Assembly: GCA_965261035.1 (NCBI GenBank)
Contig: OZ253439.1
Coordinates: 1,337,070 to 1,401,069 of the forward strand
Length of the DNA: 64,000 nucleotides
Direction: 5' to 3'
Origin: Polaribacter sp.
GTDB taxonomy: Bacteria; Bacteroidota; Bacteroidia; Flavobacteriales; Flavobacteriaceae
In this document: positions 10,494 to 20,908 of the stretch, in pieces
Layout of the letters: each line of letters opens with the position of its first letter
How positions within the stretch are numbered: position 1 is the first letter of the stretch
Made by a program: the position numbers and the translations under genes
The notes under the pieces: model-generated
What the model saw: only the letters and a program-made list of their open reading frames with translations
What the model was told of the DNA's origin: nothing
The model's database searches: none

Positions 10494-10577
10494 AATTTTA
10501 AAAAGATATTACGTAGCTTTGCAACCGAAATTATTGATACAATAATAGAGGAATAACAAACAAAGATACAAAAAATT

Positions 10578-11894
10578 ATGAGTATAAAAGTTGATAAATA
10601 CATTCCGTTTAAAGTTAAAGATATTTCTTTGGCTGATTGGGGAAGAAAAGAGATAGAATTGGCAGAAGCAGAAATGCCGGGGTTAATGTCTTTAAGAGAA
10701 GAATACAAAAACGAGCAGCCGCTTAAAGGAGCAAGAATTGCAGGATGTTTGCATATGACCATTCAAACGGCAGTGCTGATTGAAACATTAAAAGATTTAG
10801 GGGCAGAAGTTACTTGGAGTTCGTGTAATATTTTTTCTACACAAGACCAAGCCGCTGCTGCAATTGCTGCTACCGGAACTCCTGTATATGCTTGGAAAGG
10901 ATTGAGTGATGAAGAATTTGACTGGTGTATAGAACAAACTTTATTCTTTGGCGAAGACAAAAAACCGCTAAATATGATTTTAGATGACGGTGGAGATTTG
11001 ACCAATATAGTATTAGACCGTTATCCTGAATTAGCTGATGGAATTAATGGACTAAGTGAAGAAACTACAACTGGAGTTCATCGTCTATACGACAGGGTAA
11101 AAGCAGGAACGTTGCCAATTCCAGCAATTAATATAAATGATTCTGTTACAAAATCTAAATTTGATAATAAATACGGATGTAGAGAAAGTGCTGTAGATGC
11201 TATCCGTAGAGCAACAGATGTTATGTTGGCTGGAAAACGTGTAATTGTTTGCGGTTATGGAGATGTTGGAAAAGGAACTGCGGCTTCTTTTAAAGGAACA
11301 GGCTCCATAGTTACTGTAACAGAAATAGACCCAATATGTGCGTTGCAAGCTGCAATGGACGGATTTGAAGTAAAAAAATTAGAAACTGTCGTTGGAAATG
11401 CTGATATAATTATCACAACTACTGGAAATAAAGATATTGTCCAAGCTCGTCATTTTGAAGCGATGAAAGACAAAGCAATAGTTTGTAATATTGGACATTT
11501 TGACAATGAAATAGACGTAGCTTGGCTGAATGATAATCACGGAAGTACAAAAATAGAAATAAAACCTCAAGTTGATAAATATACCGTTAATGGAAACGAT
11601 ATTATCCTGTTAGCAGAAGGTCGTTTGGTGAATTTGGGTTGTGCAACCGGTCATCCGAGTTTTGTGATGAGTAACTCTTTTACAAATCAAACTTTGGCAC
11701 AAATAGAATTGTGGACAAATCGTGATGCTTATAAAAATGAAGTTTATATGTTGCCAAAACATTTAGACGAAAAAGTAGCAAAATTACATTTAGCCAAAAT
11801 TGGCGTTGAGCTGACAGAATTACGTAAAGACCAAGCAGAATATATTGGCGTTACCATAAAAGGTCCATTTAAACCGGAATATTATAGGTACTAA
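10578..11894 (+). CDS. ahcY: Adenosylhomocysteinase
   Basis: [36 protein letters not shown]. Confidence 0.98.
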   Translation: MSIKVDKYIPFKVKDISLADWGRKEIELAEAEMPGLMSLREEYKNEQPLKGARIAGCLHMTIQTAVLIETLKDLGAEVTWSSCNIFSTQDQAAAAIAATGTPVYAWKGLSDEEFDWCIEQTLFFGEDKKPLNMILDDGGDLTNIVLDRYPELADGINGLSEETTTGVHRLYDRVKAGTLPIPAININDSVTKSKFDNKYGCRESAVDAIRRATDVMLAGKRVIVCGYGDVGKGTAASFKGTGSIVTVTEIDPICALQAAMDGFEVKKLETVVGNADIIITTTGNKDIVQARHFEAMKDKAIVCNIGHFDNEIDVAWLNDNHGSTKIEIKPQVDKYTVNGNDIILLAEGRLVNLGCATGHPSFVMSNSFTNQTLAQIELWTNRDAYKNEVYMLPKHLDEKVAKLHLAKIGVELTELRKDQAEYIGVTIKGPFKPEYYRY

Positions 11895-11964
11895 AATTAG
11901 AAATTAAAAAGTTAAAAAACTAATAATCAGCAAAACCTGATAATTTCAGTCAATAACAAAAAAA

Positions 11965-12633
11965 ATGACACAAAACATAAAAACAAATTATCAGGTAAAA
12001 TCTAAAGAGCGAGTTACTGACCACGGAGAAGTATTTACCTCTGAACGTGAAGTAAACGCTATGTTAGATTTGGTAAAACAGGAAACAGAGCGTATAGACT
12101 CTCGTTTTTTAGAACCAGCCTGTGGAACTGGAAATTTTTTAGTTGAAATACTCAGGCGAAAACTTATAATTGTTGAAAGTAGGTATAAAAAAAGCCAACC
12201 AGAATATGAACGAAATGCTGTAATTGCCATTTCCAGTATTTACGGAATTGACCTGTTAGAAGATAATATAAAAGAGTGCAGACAAAGATTATTTGAGATT
12301 TTTGATAAACAATACACCTCTCTTTATAAAGAGAACTGTAAAGAAGAATGCAGAATTAGTGTAAAATTTATTCTTAAAAAAAATATATTAAGAGGTGATG
12401 CCTTAACTCTTAAAACAGTTAGCAATAACGATGAACCAATCGTGTTTTCCGAATGGTCTGCTGTTAATGGCAATATGATAAAACGAAGAGATTATACTAT
12501 GGCAAACTTATTAGAAAGCCAGCCAGTAGAAGGTTTAAACCTTTTCTCTGATTTGGGCGACAAAGCATTTATTCCAACGCCTGTACGTGAATTTAAGCTG
12601 ATGCACTTTTTGAAATTAACAGATGATGCTTAA
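11965..12633 (+). CDS. Short amino-methyltransferase-like protein (motifs X, I, II, III; no NPPY)
   Basis: GEVFT, FLEPACGTGNFL, IYGIDL, GDAL; no motif IV in 222 aa. Confidence 0.85.
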   Translation: MTQNIKTNYQVKSKERVTDHGEVFTSEREVNAMLDLVKQETERIDSRFLEPACGTGNFLVEILRRKLIIVESRYKKSQPEYERNAVIAISSIYGIDLLEDNIKECRQRLFEIFDKQYTSLYKENCKEECRISVKFILKKNILRGDALTLKTVSNNDEPIVFSEWSAVNGNMIKRRDYTMANLLESQPVEGLNLFSDLGDKAFIPTPVREFKLMHFLKLTDDA

Positions 12634-13194
12634 AACAAATTACAACCCAGATATATTAACTTGTCTTGCTAATTTAAGTAACGATGAGGTTTTTACTCCT
12701 CCAAAATTGGTAAATGATATATTAGATATACTGCCTCAAAAACTCTTCACAAATAAAAATACAACCTTTTTAGACCCTGTTAGTAAATCTGGAGTGTTTC
12801 TAAGAGAAATTGCCAAACGATTAATGGAGGGTTTGGAAAGCGAAATACCCGACAAACAAGAACGAGTTAACCATATATTTAAAAACCAGATATTTGGTAT
12901 TGCAATAACAGAATTAACCTCTTTACTCTCTCGTAGAAGTGTATATTGCTCCAAAACTGCAAACGGAAAATACTCCGTTTGCGAAACCTTTGACAACAAA
13001 CAAGGAAACATAATTTTTAACCGAACAAAACATACTTGGAAAAACAATAAATGTACTTATTGCAGTGCAAGCAAAGAGGTATATAACAGAGATAAAAAAT
13101 TAGAAACCTATGCCTATCAGTTTATACATACTGATAAACCTAAAAATATTTTTAATATGAAATTTGACGTAATTATTGGTAACCCGCCTTATCA
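12610..13194 (+). repeat. Near-identical repeat of 14265..14729 (5' part of methylase paralogs)
   Basis: Offset 1655 bp before and 1535 bp after a 120-bp indel. Confidence 0.92.
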
Positions 13195-14125
13195 GTTAAG
13201 TACAGGGGGGTCTGGAAGACAAGCAAAACCAATCTATCAAAAATTTATTAAACAAGCCCAAAAGTTAAACCCAAGATATTTAACGATGATTATACCTGCA
13301 AGATGGTATTCAGGAGGTTTTGGGTTAAATACATTTAGATATGAAATGCTTAATGACAAACGGATTAAATATTTAGTTGATTTCGATAATGCATCAGCGG
13401 TATTTCCTGGTGTCGATATTGCAGGAGGTGTTTGTTATTTTCTTTGGGACAAAAATTATAATGGCGATTGTATTGTTAACAATATTGACGAAGGAGATAT
13501 AAAATCTTCAAAAAGACCACTAAATGAGTTTTCAGTCTTCATCCGTAGGTCAGAATCAATTTCTATTCTACGCAAGATTTTTAAAAAGCATAAGGCTTCA
13601 GACGGATTCCTATACAATAGGGTGAACTCTATTGGTTCATTTGGTTTACCCACAAATTATAAGCCTACAAATAAAGGTGTACCTTGTCAATTTATACAAC
13701 GCATAGGTCTAAAATATGCAAAGCCAGCTGACGTTTTAGACAAGAATAGTATTATTAAAAAATGGAAATTATTAATACCTAAAGCACCTATCGCTGGTCA
13801 GACAGATTTCTCAAAGCCAATAACAATATATCATGCAAACAATACAATAATTATTAAACCAGGAGTTGCGTGTACCGATTCTTGGATTACTGCTGGGTCT
13901 TTTGATACAGAAGATGAAGTTGTCTCTTATAGAACCTATTTTTTTACTAAAATAATTCGATTTTTAATTCTTCAAACAGTTATATCTCAAGATATTAATA
14001 AAAGAAATTTTTTATTTGTACCTGATATTGGATTATATAAAGGAATTTTTACAGATGAAATTCTTAGAAAAAAATGGAATATTACGGAAGAAGAGTGGAA
14101 ATTTATTGACTCTAAAATCAAGTAA
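12623..14125 (+). CDS. Eco57I-like gamma-class adenine methyltransferase with specificity region, variant A
   Basis: DEVFTP, FLDPVSKSGVFL, IIGNPPYQ, IIPARWY; 11-nt overlap with the upstream gene. Confidence 0.88.
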   Translation: MMLKTNYNPDILTCLANLSNDEVFTPPKLVNDILDILPQKLFTNKNTTFLDPVSKSGVFLREIAKRLMEGLESEIPDKQERVNHIFKNQIFGIAITELTSLLSRRSVYCSKTANGKYSVCETFDNKQGNIIFNRTKHTWKNNKCTYCSASKEVYNRDKKLETYAYQFIHTDKPKNIFNMKFDVIIGNPPYQLSTGGSGRQAKPIYQKFIKQAQKLNPRYLTMIIPARWYSGGFGLNTFRYEMLNDKRIKYLVDFDNASAVFPGVDIAGGVCYFLWDKNYNGDCIVNNIDEGDIKSSKRPLNEFSVFIRRSESISILRKIFKKHKASDGFLYNRVNSIGSFGLPTNYKPTNKGVPCQFIQRIGLKYAKPADVLDKNSIIKKWKLLIPKAPIAGQTDFSKPITIYHANNTIIIKPGVACTDSWITAGSFDTEDEVVSYRTYFFTKIIRFLILQTVISQDINKRNFLFVPDIGLYKGIFTDEILRKKWNITEEEWKFIDSKIK

Positions 14126-14127
14126 TT

Positions 14128-14264
14128 ATGAGTAAGCAAAAATTAAATTCTACCTTAAATAAAGATTTGTTTGATGAGATTAAGTTTATAGAATCCATGA
14201 TTCGCCCAATGAAATTATAATATAAGTAATAAGTTTTTTCCACAACGCCCAAAAGCAAAGCTAA
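14128..14264 (+). pseudogene. Junction relic: 30-aa chimeric ORF ending IRPMKL plus a decayed copy of the nuclease-helicase 5' end
   Basis: MSKQKLNSTLNKDLFDEIKFIESMIRPMKL* (14128..14220); about 14199..14259 matches about 15649..15709 with ATG changed to ATA. Confidence 0.75.
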
Positions 14265-14277
14265 TTGAAATTAACAG

Positions 14278-15669
14278 ATGATGCTTAAAACAAATTACAA
14301 CCCAGATATATTAACTTGTCTTGCTAATTTAAGTAACGATGAGGTTTTTACTCCTCCAAAATTGGTAAATGATATATTAGATATACTGCCTCAAAAACTC
14401 TTCACAAATAAAAATACAACCTTTTTAGACCCTGTTAGTAAATATGGAGTGTTTCTAAGAGAAATTGCCAAACGATTAATGGAGGGTTTGGAAAGCAAAA
14501 TACCCGACAAACAAGAACGAGTTAACCATATATTTAAAAACCAGATATTTGGTATTGCAATAACAGAATTAACCTCTTTACTCTCTCGTAGAAGTGTATA
14601 TTGCTCCAAAACTGCAAACGGAAAATACTCCGTTTGCGAAACCTATGCCTATCAGTTTATACATACAGATAAACCTAAAAATATTTTTAATATGAAATTT
14701 GATGTAATTATTGGTAACCCGCCTTATCAAATGAGTGATGGGGGTGGTAGAGACTCAGGTGCAATCTCTCTTTACCATAAGTTTGTTCAACAAGCAAAAA
14801 AATTAAACCCAAGATATTTATCTATGATTATTCCTGCCCGCTGGTATTCTGGAGGTAAAGGTTTGAGTGATTTTAGAAAGGAAATGCTTAATGACAAAAG
14901 AATGGCTGAGATTCATGACTTCCCTGAAACATCTGATTGTTTTCCTAGACTAAACATTAGAGGCGGTGTCTGTTATTTTCTTTGGGACAAAAAACATAAT
15001 TCAGATTGTAAGGTTACAAACTATAAATCAGGGTTAAATATATCTAGGATAACTCGCCCTTTATTAGAGGTAAATGTTGATATTTTTATACGATACAATA
15101 GAGCTATAAGTATTTTGAGAAAAGTGAAAAAACTTAGCGAACCAACGTACTCAAAAATCGTTAGTTCTAGAAAACCTTTTGGAATACAATCAAATTTCAC
15201 AGATTTTAGTAACAAACAAACATCTGATAATAAAATTAAGATATTTAAAGTTGGTGGCATTGGATTTACAAATGAAGCTAATATAATTAATGGGAAAGAG
15301 CTAACAGATAAGATTAAAGTATTAGTATCAAAAGCAAGTCCAGGCGGGGATGATTTTCCTCACAAGATTATAAGCTCTCCGATTATAGCTAAACCTAAAT
15401 CTTGTTGTACAGAAACCTATTTAGTTGTTGATGTTGTTTTGAATTTTACGCAGGCAAAGAACTTATGTAATTATATGTCTACAAGTTTTTTTAGATTTAT
15501 GATGTCTCTTGTAAAAAACACGCAGAATATTTCCAAAAGTGTTTTTGAATTTGTCCCTATACAAAACCTTGACGAAGAGTGGTCTGACAAAAAGTTATAT
15601 ACCAAATACAATATAACTAAAGATGAACAAAACTTTATTGACACTCTAATTCGCCCAATGAAATTATAA
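14278..15669 (+). CDS. Eco57I-like adenine methyltransferase paralog, variant B (40-aa in-frame deletion, different specificity region)
   Basis: N-terminus nearly identical to variant A; NPPY present; C-terminal half divergent. Confidence 0.85.
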   Translation: MMLKTNYNPDILTCLANLSNDEVFTPPKLVNDILDILPQKLFTNKNTTFLDPVSKYGVFLREIAKRLMEGLESKIPDKQERVNHIFKNQIFGIAITELTSLLSRRSVYCSKTANGKYSVCETYAYQFIHTDKPKNIFNMKFDVIIGNPPYQMSDGGGRDSGAISLYHKFVQQAKKLNPRYLSMIIPARWYSGGKGLSDFRKEMLNDKRMAEIHDFPETSDCFPRLNIRGGVCYFLWDKKHNSDCKVTNYKSGLNISRITRPLLEVNVDIFIRYNRAISILRKVKKLSEPTYSKIVSSRKPFGIQSNFTDFSNKQTSDNKIKIFKVGGIGFTNEANIINGKELTDKIKVLVSKASPGGDDFPHKIISSPIIAKPKSCCTETYLVVDVVLNFTQAKNLCNYMSTSFFRFMMSLVKNTQNISKSVFEFVPIQNLDEEWSDKKLYTKYNITKDEQNFIDTLIRPMKL

Positions 15670-15670
15670 T

Positions 15671-18178
15671 ATGAGTAACAAATTTTTTCCACAACGCCCA
15701 GAGGCAAATCCAACAATTTATGCTTATAAAATTCTTAACACTTCAAGTCATAAGGATTTGCTAAAAGTGGGTTTTACAACTCGTACAGCCAAAGAACGTG
15801 TAGCAGAACAACTGCAAACAAGCGGTTTATCCTATAAAATAGTTTTTGAAGAACCTGCTATAAGAAACGATGGCAGTACCTTTACAGACCGTGATGTTCA
15901 CAAAATTTTACGTAAAAAAGGCATAAAAAACCCAGATGGTGAGTGGTTTAAATGTTCGGTTAAAGACGTTAAATCTGCAATTCTTTCAGTAAAAAACGGA
16001 GAACTTAACGAGGAAAACAGAACACTCAATTTTAAAATGCGACCAGAGCAAGAAGAAGCAGTAGATAGGGTTATTGCTTATTTTAACAGTTATAAAAAAG
16101 AAAACCCCAACAAAACACCTCACTTTTTATGGAATGCTAAAATGCGTTTTGGTAAAACCTTTGCTGCCTATCAATTAGCAAAAAAGATGGGCTGGACTAA
16201 AGTTTTGGTACTTACCTTTAAGCCTGCTGTTCAAAGTGCTTGGCAAGAAGATTTATCATCGCATATAGATTTTGAAGGCTGGCAATTTATCTCTAAAGGA
16301 GGTTTAACTTATGAAGAAGCAAATAAAAAAAAGCCTTTTGTTTGTTTTGGTTCATTTCAAAATTATTTAGGCAGAAATAAATCAACAAAAGGAATTAAAA
16401 CCAAAAATGAATGGGTTCATGCCACTCATTGGGATTGTGTAGTGTTTGACGAATATCATTATGGATCTTGGCGAGAAAAAGCAAAAGAACTTTTTGAGGC
16501 GGAAGACAAAAAAGAGATAAAATTCGCAACAGGAGAAGGAGAGGGAATAGATTATTTTGACGAAGAAGAAATACCAATTACAACTGACGGATTTTTATAT
16601 TTATCAGGAACACCTTTTAGAGCAATTAATTCGGGAGAGTTTATAGAAGAGCAGATTTTTAACTGGACATACTCTGACGAACAAAAAGCCAAAGAGAATT
16701 GGGAAGGTGAAAATAATCCTTATCTAACCCTGCCAAGAATGGTAATGCTAACCTATCAATTACCAGATTCAATTATAGAAATTGCATCGGAAGGAGAATA
16801 CAATGAGTTTGATTTGAATCAGTTCTTTAAAGCAAATGGAGAAGGGCAAGGTGCAAAATTTGAACTTGAAAGCGAAGTGCAAAAATGGTTAAATCTAATA
16901 AGAGGTGGTTTTAGAGAAACAACTTTAGATAACCTAAGATTAGGGGCAAAAAAACCGCCAATGCCATTTTCACATATTGAGTTATTAAACGTACTCACTC
17001 ATACTTTTTGGTTTTTACCAAGTGTAGCATCTTGCTATGCTATGAAAAACCTAATGAAACAACGACAAAATATCTTTTACCACGATTATAAGATAATTGT
17101 TGCCGCAGGTACTGCCGCGGGTAATGGGGTTGAAGCATTACCACCAGTTTTAAATGCAATGGATAACCCTTTAAAATCTAAAACTATTACATTATCGTGC
17201 GGTAAACTCACAACAGGTGTTTCTGTTAAACCTTGGACAGGAATCTTTATGTTACGAAACTCATCAAGTCCAGAAACATATTTTCAAGCAGCATTTCGAG
17301 TACAAACACCTTGGACAATTAAAAATCCGGATAGTAAATCTCCAAACAAAGAAGAAATCATAAAAAACGAATGCTATGTTTTTGATTTTGCTCCAAATAG
17401 AGCCTTAGGTCAAGTTGCAGAATACAGTTGTCGTTTAAATGTAAACGAATTAAACCCAGAGAAAAAAGTTGCTGAATTTATTCATTTTTTACCAATACTT
17501 GCATACGATGGCAGCTCAATGAAACAAATATATGCGGGTGATGTTTTAGATATTGCAATGAGCGGAACTTCTGCTACATTATTAGCAAGACGCTGGGAAA
17601 GTGCCTTGCTTGTAAATGTTGATAATGCTACCCTTGCCCGTTTAATGAGCAATCAACAAGCATTAGACGCTTTAATGAGTATAGAAGGATTCAGAATGCT
17701 AAATCAAGACATAGAAACCATAATTAATAAATCAGAATCAGTTAAAAAGGCAAAGAAAGAAGCCAATGATGAAGAATTTACGAAAAAGGAGAAGAAAGAA
17801 CTATCTAATGAAGAAAAGGAATACAAAAGTTTAAGAAAACAAATTCAAGATAAATTAATAAAGTTTGCTACAAGAATTCCCGTTTTTATGTATCTAACAG
17901 ACCACAGAGAAAGAAGCCTAAATGATATTATTACTCAGTTAGAACCCGGACTTTTTAAAAAGGTAACTGCTTTAAACGTAAAAGATTTTGAGTTACTTGT
18001 AAGTTTGGGAGTGTTTAATAGTGGTTTAATGAATGACGCAGTGTATAAATTCAAACGCTATGAGGACACTAGTCTTGAATATATTGGAATAAACAAACAC
18101 GAAGGGGAAGGCGTAGGGCTTTACGATACCGTATTAAGTCCTTATGATTATTCGGAGAGCTTTGAAAATAAGAAATAG
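15671..18178 (+). CDS. GIY-YIG/T5orf172 nuclease fused to SF2 (restriction-type) helicase
   Basis: IYAY...LLKVGFT..R...EWF; Walker A AKMRFGKT; Walker B FDEYH; LSGTP; QAAFRVQ. Confidence 0.85.
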   Translation: MSNKFFPQRPEANPTIYAYKILNTSSHKDLLKVGFTTRTAKERVAEQLQTSGLSYKIVFEEPAIRNDGSTFTDRDVHKILRKKGIKNPDGEWFKCSVKDVKSAILSVKNGELNEENRTLNFKMRPEQEEAVDRVIAYFNSYKKENPNKTPHFLWNAKMRFGKTFAAYQLAKKMGWTKVLVLTFKPAVQSAWQEDLSSHIDFEGWQFISKGGLTYEEANKKKPFVCFGSFQNYLGRNKSTKGIKTKNEWVHATHWDCVVFDEYHYGSWREKAKELFEAEDKKEIKFATGEGEGIDYFDEEEIPITTDGFLYLSGTPFRAINSGEFIEEQIFNWTYSDEQKAKENWEGENNPYLTLPRMVMLTYQLPDSIIEIASEGEYNEFDLNQFFKANGEGQGAKFELESEVQKWLNLIRGGFRETTLDNLRLGAKKPPMPFSHIELLNVLTHTFWFLPSVASCYAMKNLMKQRQNIFYHDYKIIVAAGTAAGNGVEALPPVLNAMDNPLKSKTITLSCGKLTTGVSVKPWTGIFMLRNSSSPETYFQAAFRVQTPWTIKNPDSKSPNKEEIIKNECYVFDFAPNRALGQVAEYSCRLNVNELNPEKKVAEFIHFLPILAYDGSSMKQIYAGDVLDIAMSGTSATLLARRWESALLVNVDNATLARLMSNQQALDALMSIEGFRMLNQDIETIINKSESVKKAKKEANDEEFTKKEKKELSNEEKEYKSLRKQIQDKLIKFATRIPVFMYLTDHRERSLNDIITQLEPGLFKKVTALNVKDFELLVSLGVFNSGLMNDAVYKFKRYEDTSLEYIGINKHEGEGVGLYDTVLSPYDYSESFENKK

Positions 18179-18222
18179 TTAAATTAGTATTAAAACGAAC
18201 AAAAAAATTAAATTAAGATTAA

Positions 18223-19533
18223 ATGAATAGCATAGTTGCCATTGTAGGAAGACCAAATGTAGGAAAATCAACTTTGTTTAATCGCTTAGTACAGCGTAGA
18301 GAAGCTATTGTGGATTCTGTAAGCGGCGTTACTCGTGATAGACATTACGGAAAATCTGACTGGAACGGAAAGGAGTTTTCTGTTATTGATACCGGCGGAT
18401 ATGTTGTAGGTTCTGATGATATTTTTGAACACGAAATCCGTAAACAAGTAGAATTAGCTTTAGACGAGGCAGATATTATCATTTTTGTCGTTGATGTTGA
18501 ACAAGGAATTACGCCAATGGATTCTGAGGTTGCAAAGATTTTACGAAAAGTAAAAAAACCGATATTTACTGCCGTAAATAAAGTTGATAACTCTATGCGA
18601 GATGCAGATGCCGTAGAATTTTACAATTTAGGATTAGGAGATTATCACACTATTTCATCTATAAACGGAAGTGGAACGGGTGATTTGTTAGACGCTATTA
18701 CAAAAATAATTCCAGCACCAGAAGAAGTAGATTTAGAATCAGAAGAATTGCCGAGATTTGCTGTAGTCGGTCGCCCAAATGCAGGAAAATCATCATTTAT
18801 TAACGCACTAATCGGCGAAGACAGAAATATTGTAACAGATATTGCAGGCACAACCAGAGATTCTATCGATACTAAATACAATCGCTTCGGGTTTGATTTT
18901 AATCTAGTTGACACAGCTGGAATCAGAAAAAAATCAAAAGTAAAAGAAGATTTAGAGTTTTATTCTGTGATGCGTGCGGTAAGAACCATAGAATATTCCG
19001 ACGTAGTTATATTGATGGTTGATGCCACTCGCGGTTTTGAAAGTCAAGATCAAAATATATTTTGGCTGGCAGAAAAAAATAAAAAAGGAGTAGTTATACT
19101 AATCAATAAATGGGATTTGGTTGAAAAAGAAACCAATACTATGCGAGATTTTGAAGCCAAAGTAAGAACGCAAATGTCCCCATTTACAGATGTACCTATT
19201 ATTTTTACCTCTGTTCTAACAAAGCAACGTATTTTTAAAGCGATAGAAACTGCGGTTACCGTTTTTGAAAACCGCAAAAATCGCATTCCTACAAGTAAAC
19301 TGAACGAGACGATGCTGGAAATTATCAAGCAGAATTCACCACCCGCAATCAAAGGAAAGTTTGTTAAAATCAAATATTGTATGCAATTGCCGACCAAAAC
19401 TCCGCAATTTGCTTTTTTTGCTAATTTGCCACAGTATGTTAAAGATCCTTACAAACGTTATATAGAAAATCAATTGCGCGAGCAATATAATTTTAATGGT
19501 GTTCCTATAATTATTTATTTTAGACAGAAGTAG
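18223..19533 (+). CDS. der: Ribosome biogenesis GTPase Der
   Basis: Two G-domains ([16 protein letters not shown]), DTGG/DTAG, NKVD/NKWD. Confidence 0.98.
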   Translation: MNSIVAIVGRPNVGKSTLFNRLVQRREAIVDSVSGVTRDRHYGKSDWNGKEFSVIDTGGYVVGSDDIFEHEIRKQVELALDEADIIIFVVDVEQGITPMDSEVAKILRKVKKPIFTAVNKVDNSMRDADAVEFYNLGLGDYHTISSINGSGTGDLLDAITKIIPAPEEVDLESEELPRFAVVGRPNAGKSSFINALIGEDRNIVTDIAGTTRDSIDTKYNRFGFDFNLVDTAGIRKKSKVKEDLEFYSVMRAVRTIEYSDVVILMVDATRGFESQDQNIFWLAEKNKKGVVILINKWDLVEKETNTMRDFEAKVRTQMSPFTDVPIIFTSVLTKQRIFKAIETAVTVFENRKNRIPTSKLNETMLEIIKQNSPPAIKGKFVKIKYCMQLPTKTPQFAFFANLPQYVKDPYKRYIENQLREQYNFNGVPIIIYFRQK

Positions 19534-19545
19534 GTCAAAAATCTT

Positions 19546-20523
19546 TTAAACCTTTCTATTCACCACATAATAAATCATTTGAGTTAATGAGTTTTTATAT
19601 TCTGAATCTGGATAGCTTTGTAAAATAAATAGAGCTTTGTTCTTATAATCGTGCATTTTTTCTGTGGCATATTCAATTCCGCCATTTTCTTTCACAAAAG
19701 AAATTATCTCTTTAACTCGCTTTTTGTCTTTGTTATACTTTTTAACTGAATTGATTAGCCATCTTTTGTCATTTTTAGAACAATTATTTAATGTGTAAAT
19801 TAATGGAAGTGTCATTTTCTGCTCTTTGATGTCAATTCCTGTAGGTTTTCCGATTTTATAATCGCTGTAATCAAACAAATCGTCTTTTATCTGAAAGGCA
19901 ATTCCTATATACTCTCCAAACTTTCTCATCTGCTGAACGGTATCTTTATTTACACCGACAGATGCTGCTCCAATTCCGCAACAAGTAGCGATTAATGTAG
20001 CTGTTTTCTTACGAATAATTTCAAAGTAAATTTCTTCTGTAATATTGAGTTTGCGTGCCTTTTCTATCTGTAATAATTCGCCTTCGCTCATCTCTCTCAC
20101 AGCGATAGAGATAAGTTTCAGCAAATCAAAATCCTCGTTATCTATGGAAAGCAACAGCCCTTTAGAAAGCAGAAAATCACCAACTAAAACAGCGATTTTG
20201 TTTTTCCAAATAGCATTTATTGAAAAGAAATTTCTACGACGATCGCTGTCATCTACCACGTCGTCGTGTATCAAAGTTGCGGTGTGGATTAATTCTACTA
20301 CGGCAGCTCCTCTGTACGTTCTTTCGTCAAAACCGCCATCAGAAACCATTTTTGCAACTAAAAAAACAAACATAGGACGCATCTGCTTTCCTTTTCTTCT
20401 TACAATATAATAGGTAATTCTGTTTAATAATGGGATTTTAGAAAGCATAGATTCTTTGAATTTGTCTTCAAAGAGTTCCATCTCGTTTTGTATGGGAAGC
20501 TTTATTTGCTGTACAGGTTTCAT
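19546..20523 (-). CDS. ispB: Polyprenyl diphosphate synthase (IspB-like)
   Basis: GKQMRP, LIHDDVVD, FQIKDD; start MKPVQ preferred over 20535. Confidence 0.85.
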   Translation of the reverse strand: MKPVQQIKLPIQNEMELFEDKFKESMLSKIPLLNRITYYIVRRKGKQMRPMFVFLVAKMVSDGGFDERTYRGAAVVELIHTATLIHDDVVDDSDRRRNFFSINAIWKNKIAVLVGDFLLSKGLLLSIDNEDFDLLKLISIAVREMSEGELLQIEKARKLNITEEIYFEIIRKKTATLIATCCGIGAASVGVNKDTVQQMRKFGEYIGIAFQIKDDLFDYSDYKIGKPTGIDIKEQKMTLPLIYTLNNCSKNDKRWLINSVKKYNKDKKRVKEIISFVKENGGIEYATEKMHDYKNKALFILQSYPDSEYKNSLTQMIYYVVNRKV

Positions 20524-20617
20524 TTCAGCTACCAAAAATAAGAAATAAATTATGATTTACGAATTGAGATAGAGGCTGGAAGCTGGAAGTTAGAAACCAA
20601 AAACTAACAACCAATTC

Positions 20618-20908
20618 TTAATTTTCTTCAGAGCTATCTCTAAAGGCACTCGGTAAAATACTCGGAATTAACTTTATTAAAATCGGCAACAACAATGCTC
20701 CGCCCGGAAGCATAAAAATCGCAAAAGCCGGAATACTTTTACAAATATCTAACAGCTGCTCTTTTACTTTCTCCTTTTCCTCTTCCGTAAGCGAAGAATG
20801 AGTAGATTTTTTAAGCAATATTACTAATTCTTTGCTTTCTTTAAGCTCTTGGTACAGCCGTTTTTTGTTTTTTTGTATTGACTTTTTTATATCTTCTGCC
20901 GTAATCAT
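20618..20908 (-). CDS. Small LETM1-like domain protein
   Basis: KEQLLDICKSIP...LPGGALLLPILIKLIPSILPSAF; coupled to upstream gene by TAATG overlap. Confidence 0.75.
   Translation of the reverse strand: MITAEDIKKSIQKNKKRLYQELKESKELVILLKKSTHSSLTEEEKEKVKEQLLDICKSIPAFAIFMLPGGALLLPILIKLIPSILPSAFRDSSEEN

Noticed and set aside
10494-10577. SAH or SAM riboswitch before ahcY
   Set aside because: Leader is short and AT-rich with no recognisable structure
11895-18222. Target-site duplication flanking the R-M locus
   Set aside because: Only loose AT-rich similarity (aaattag..attaaaa); not significant
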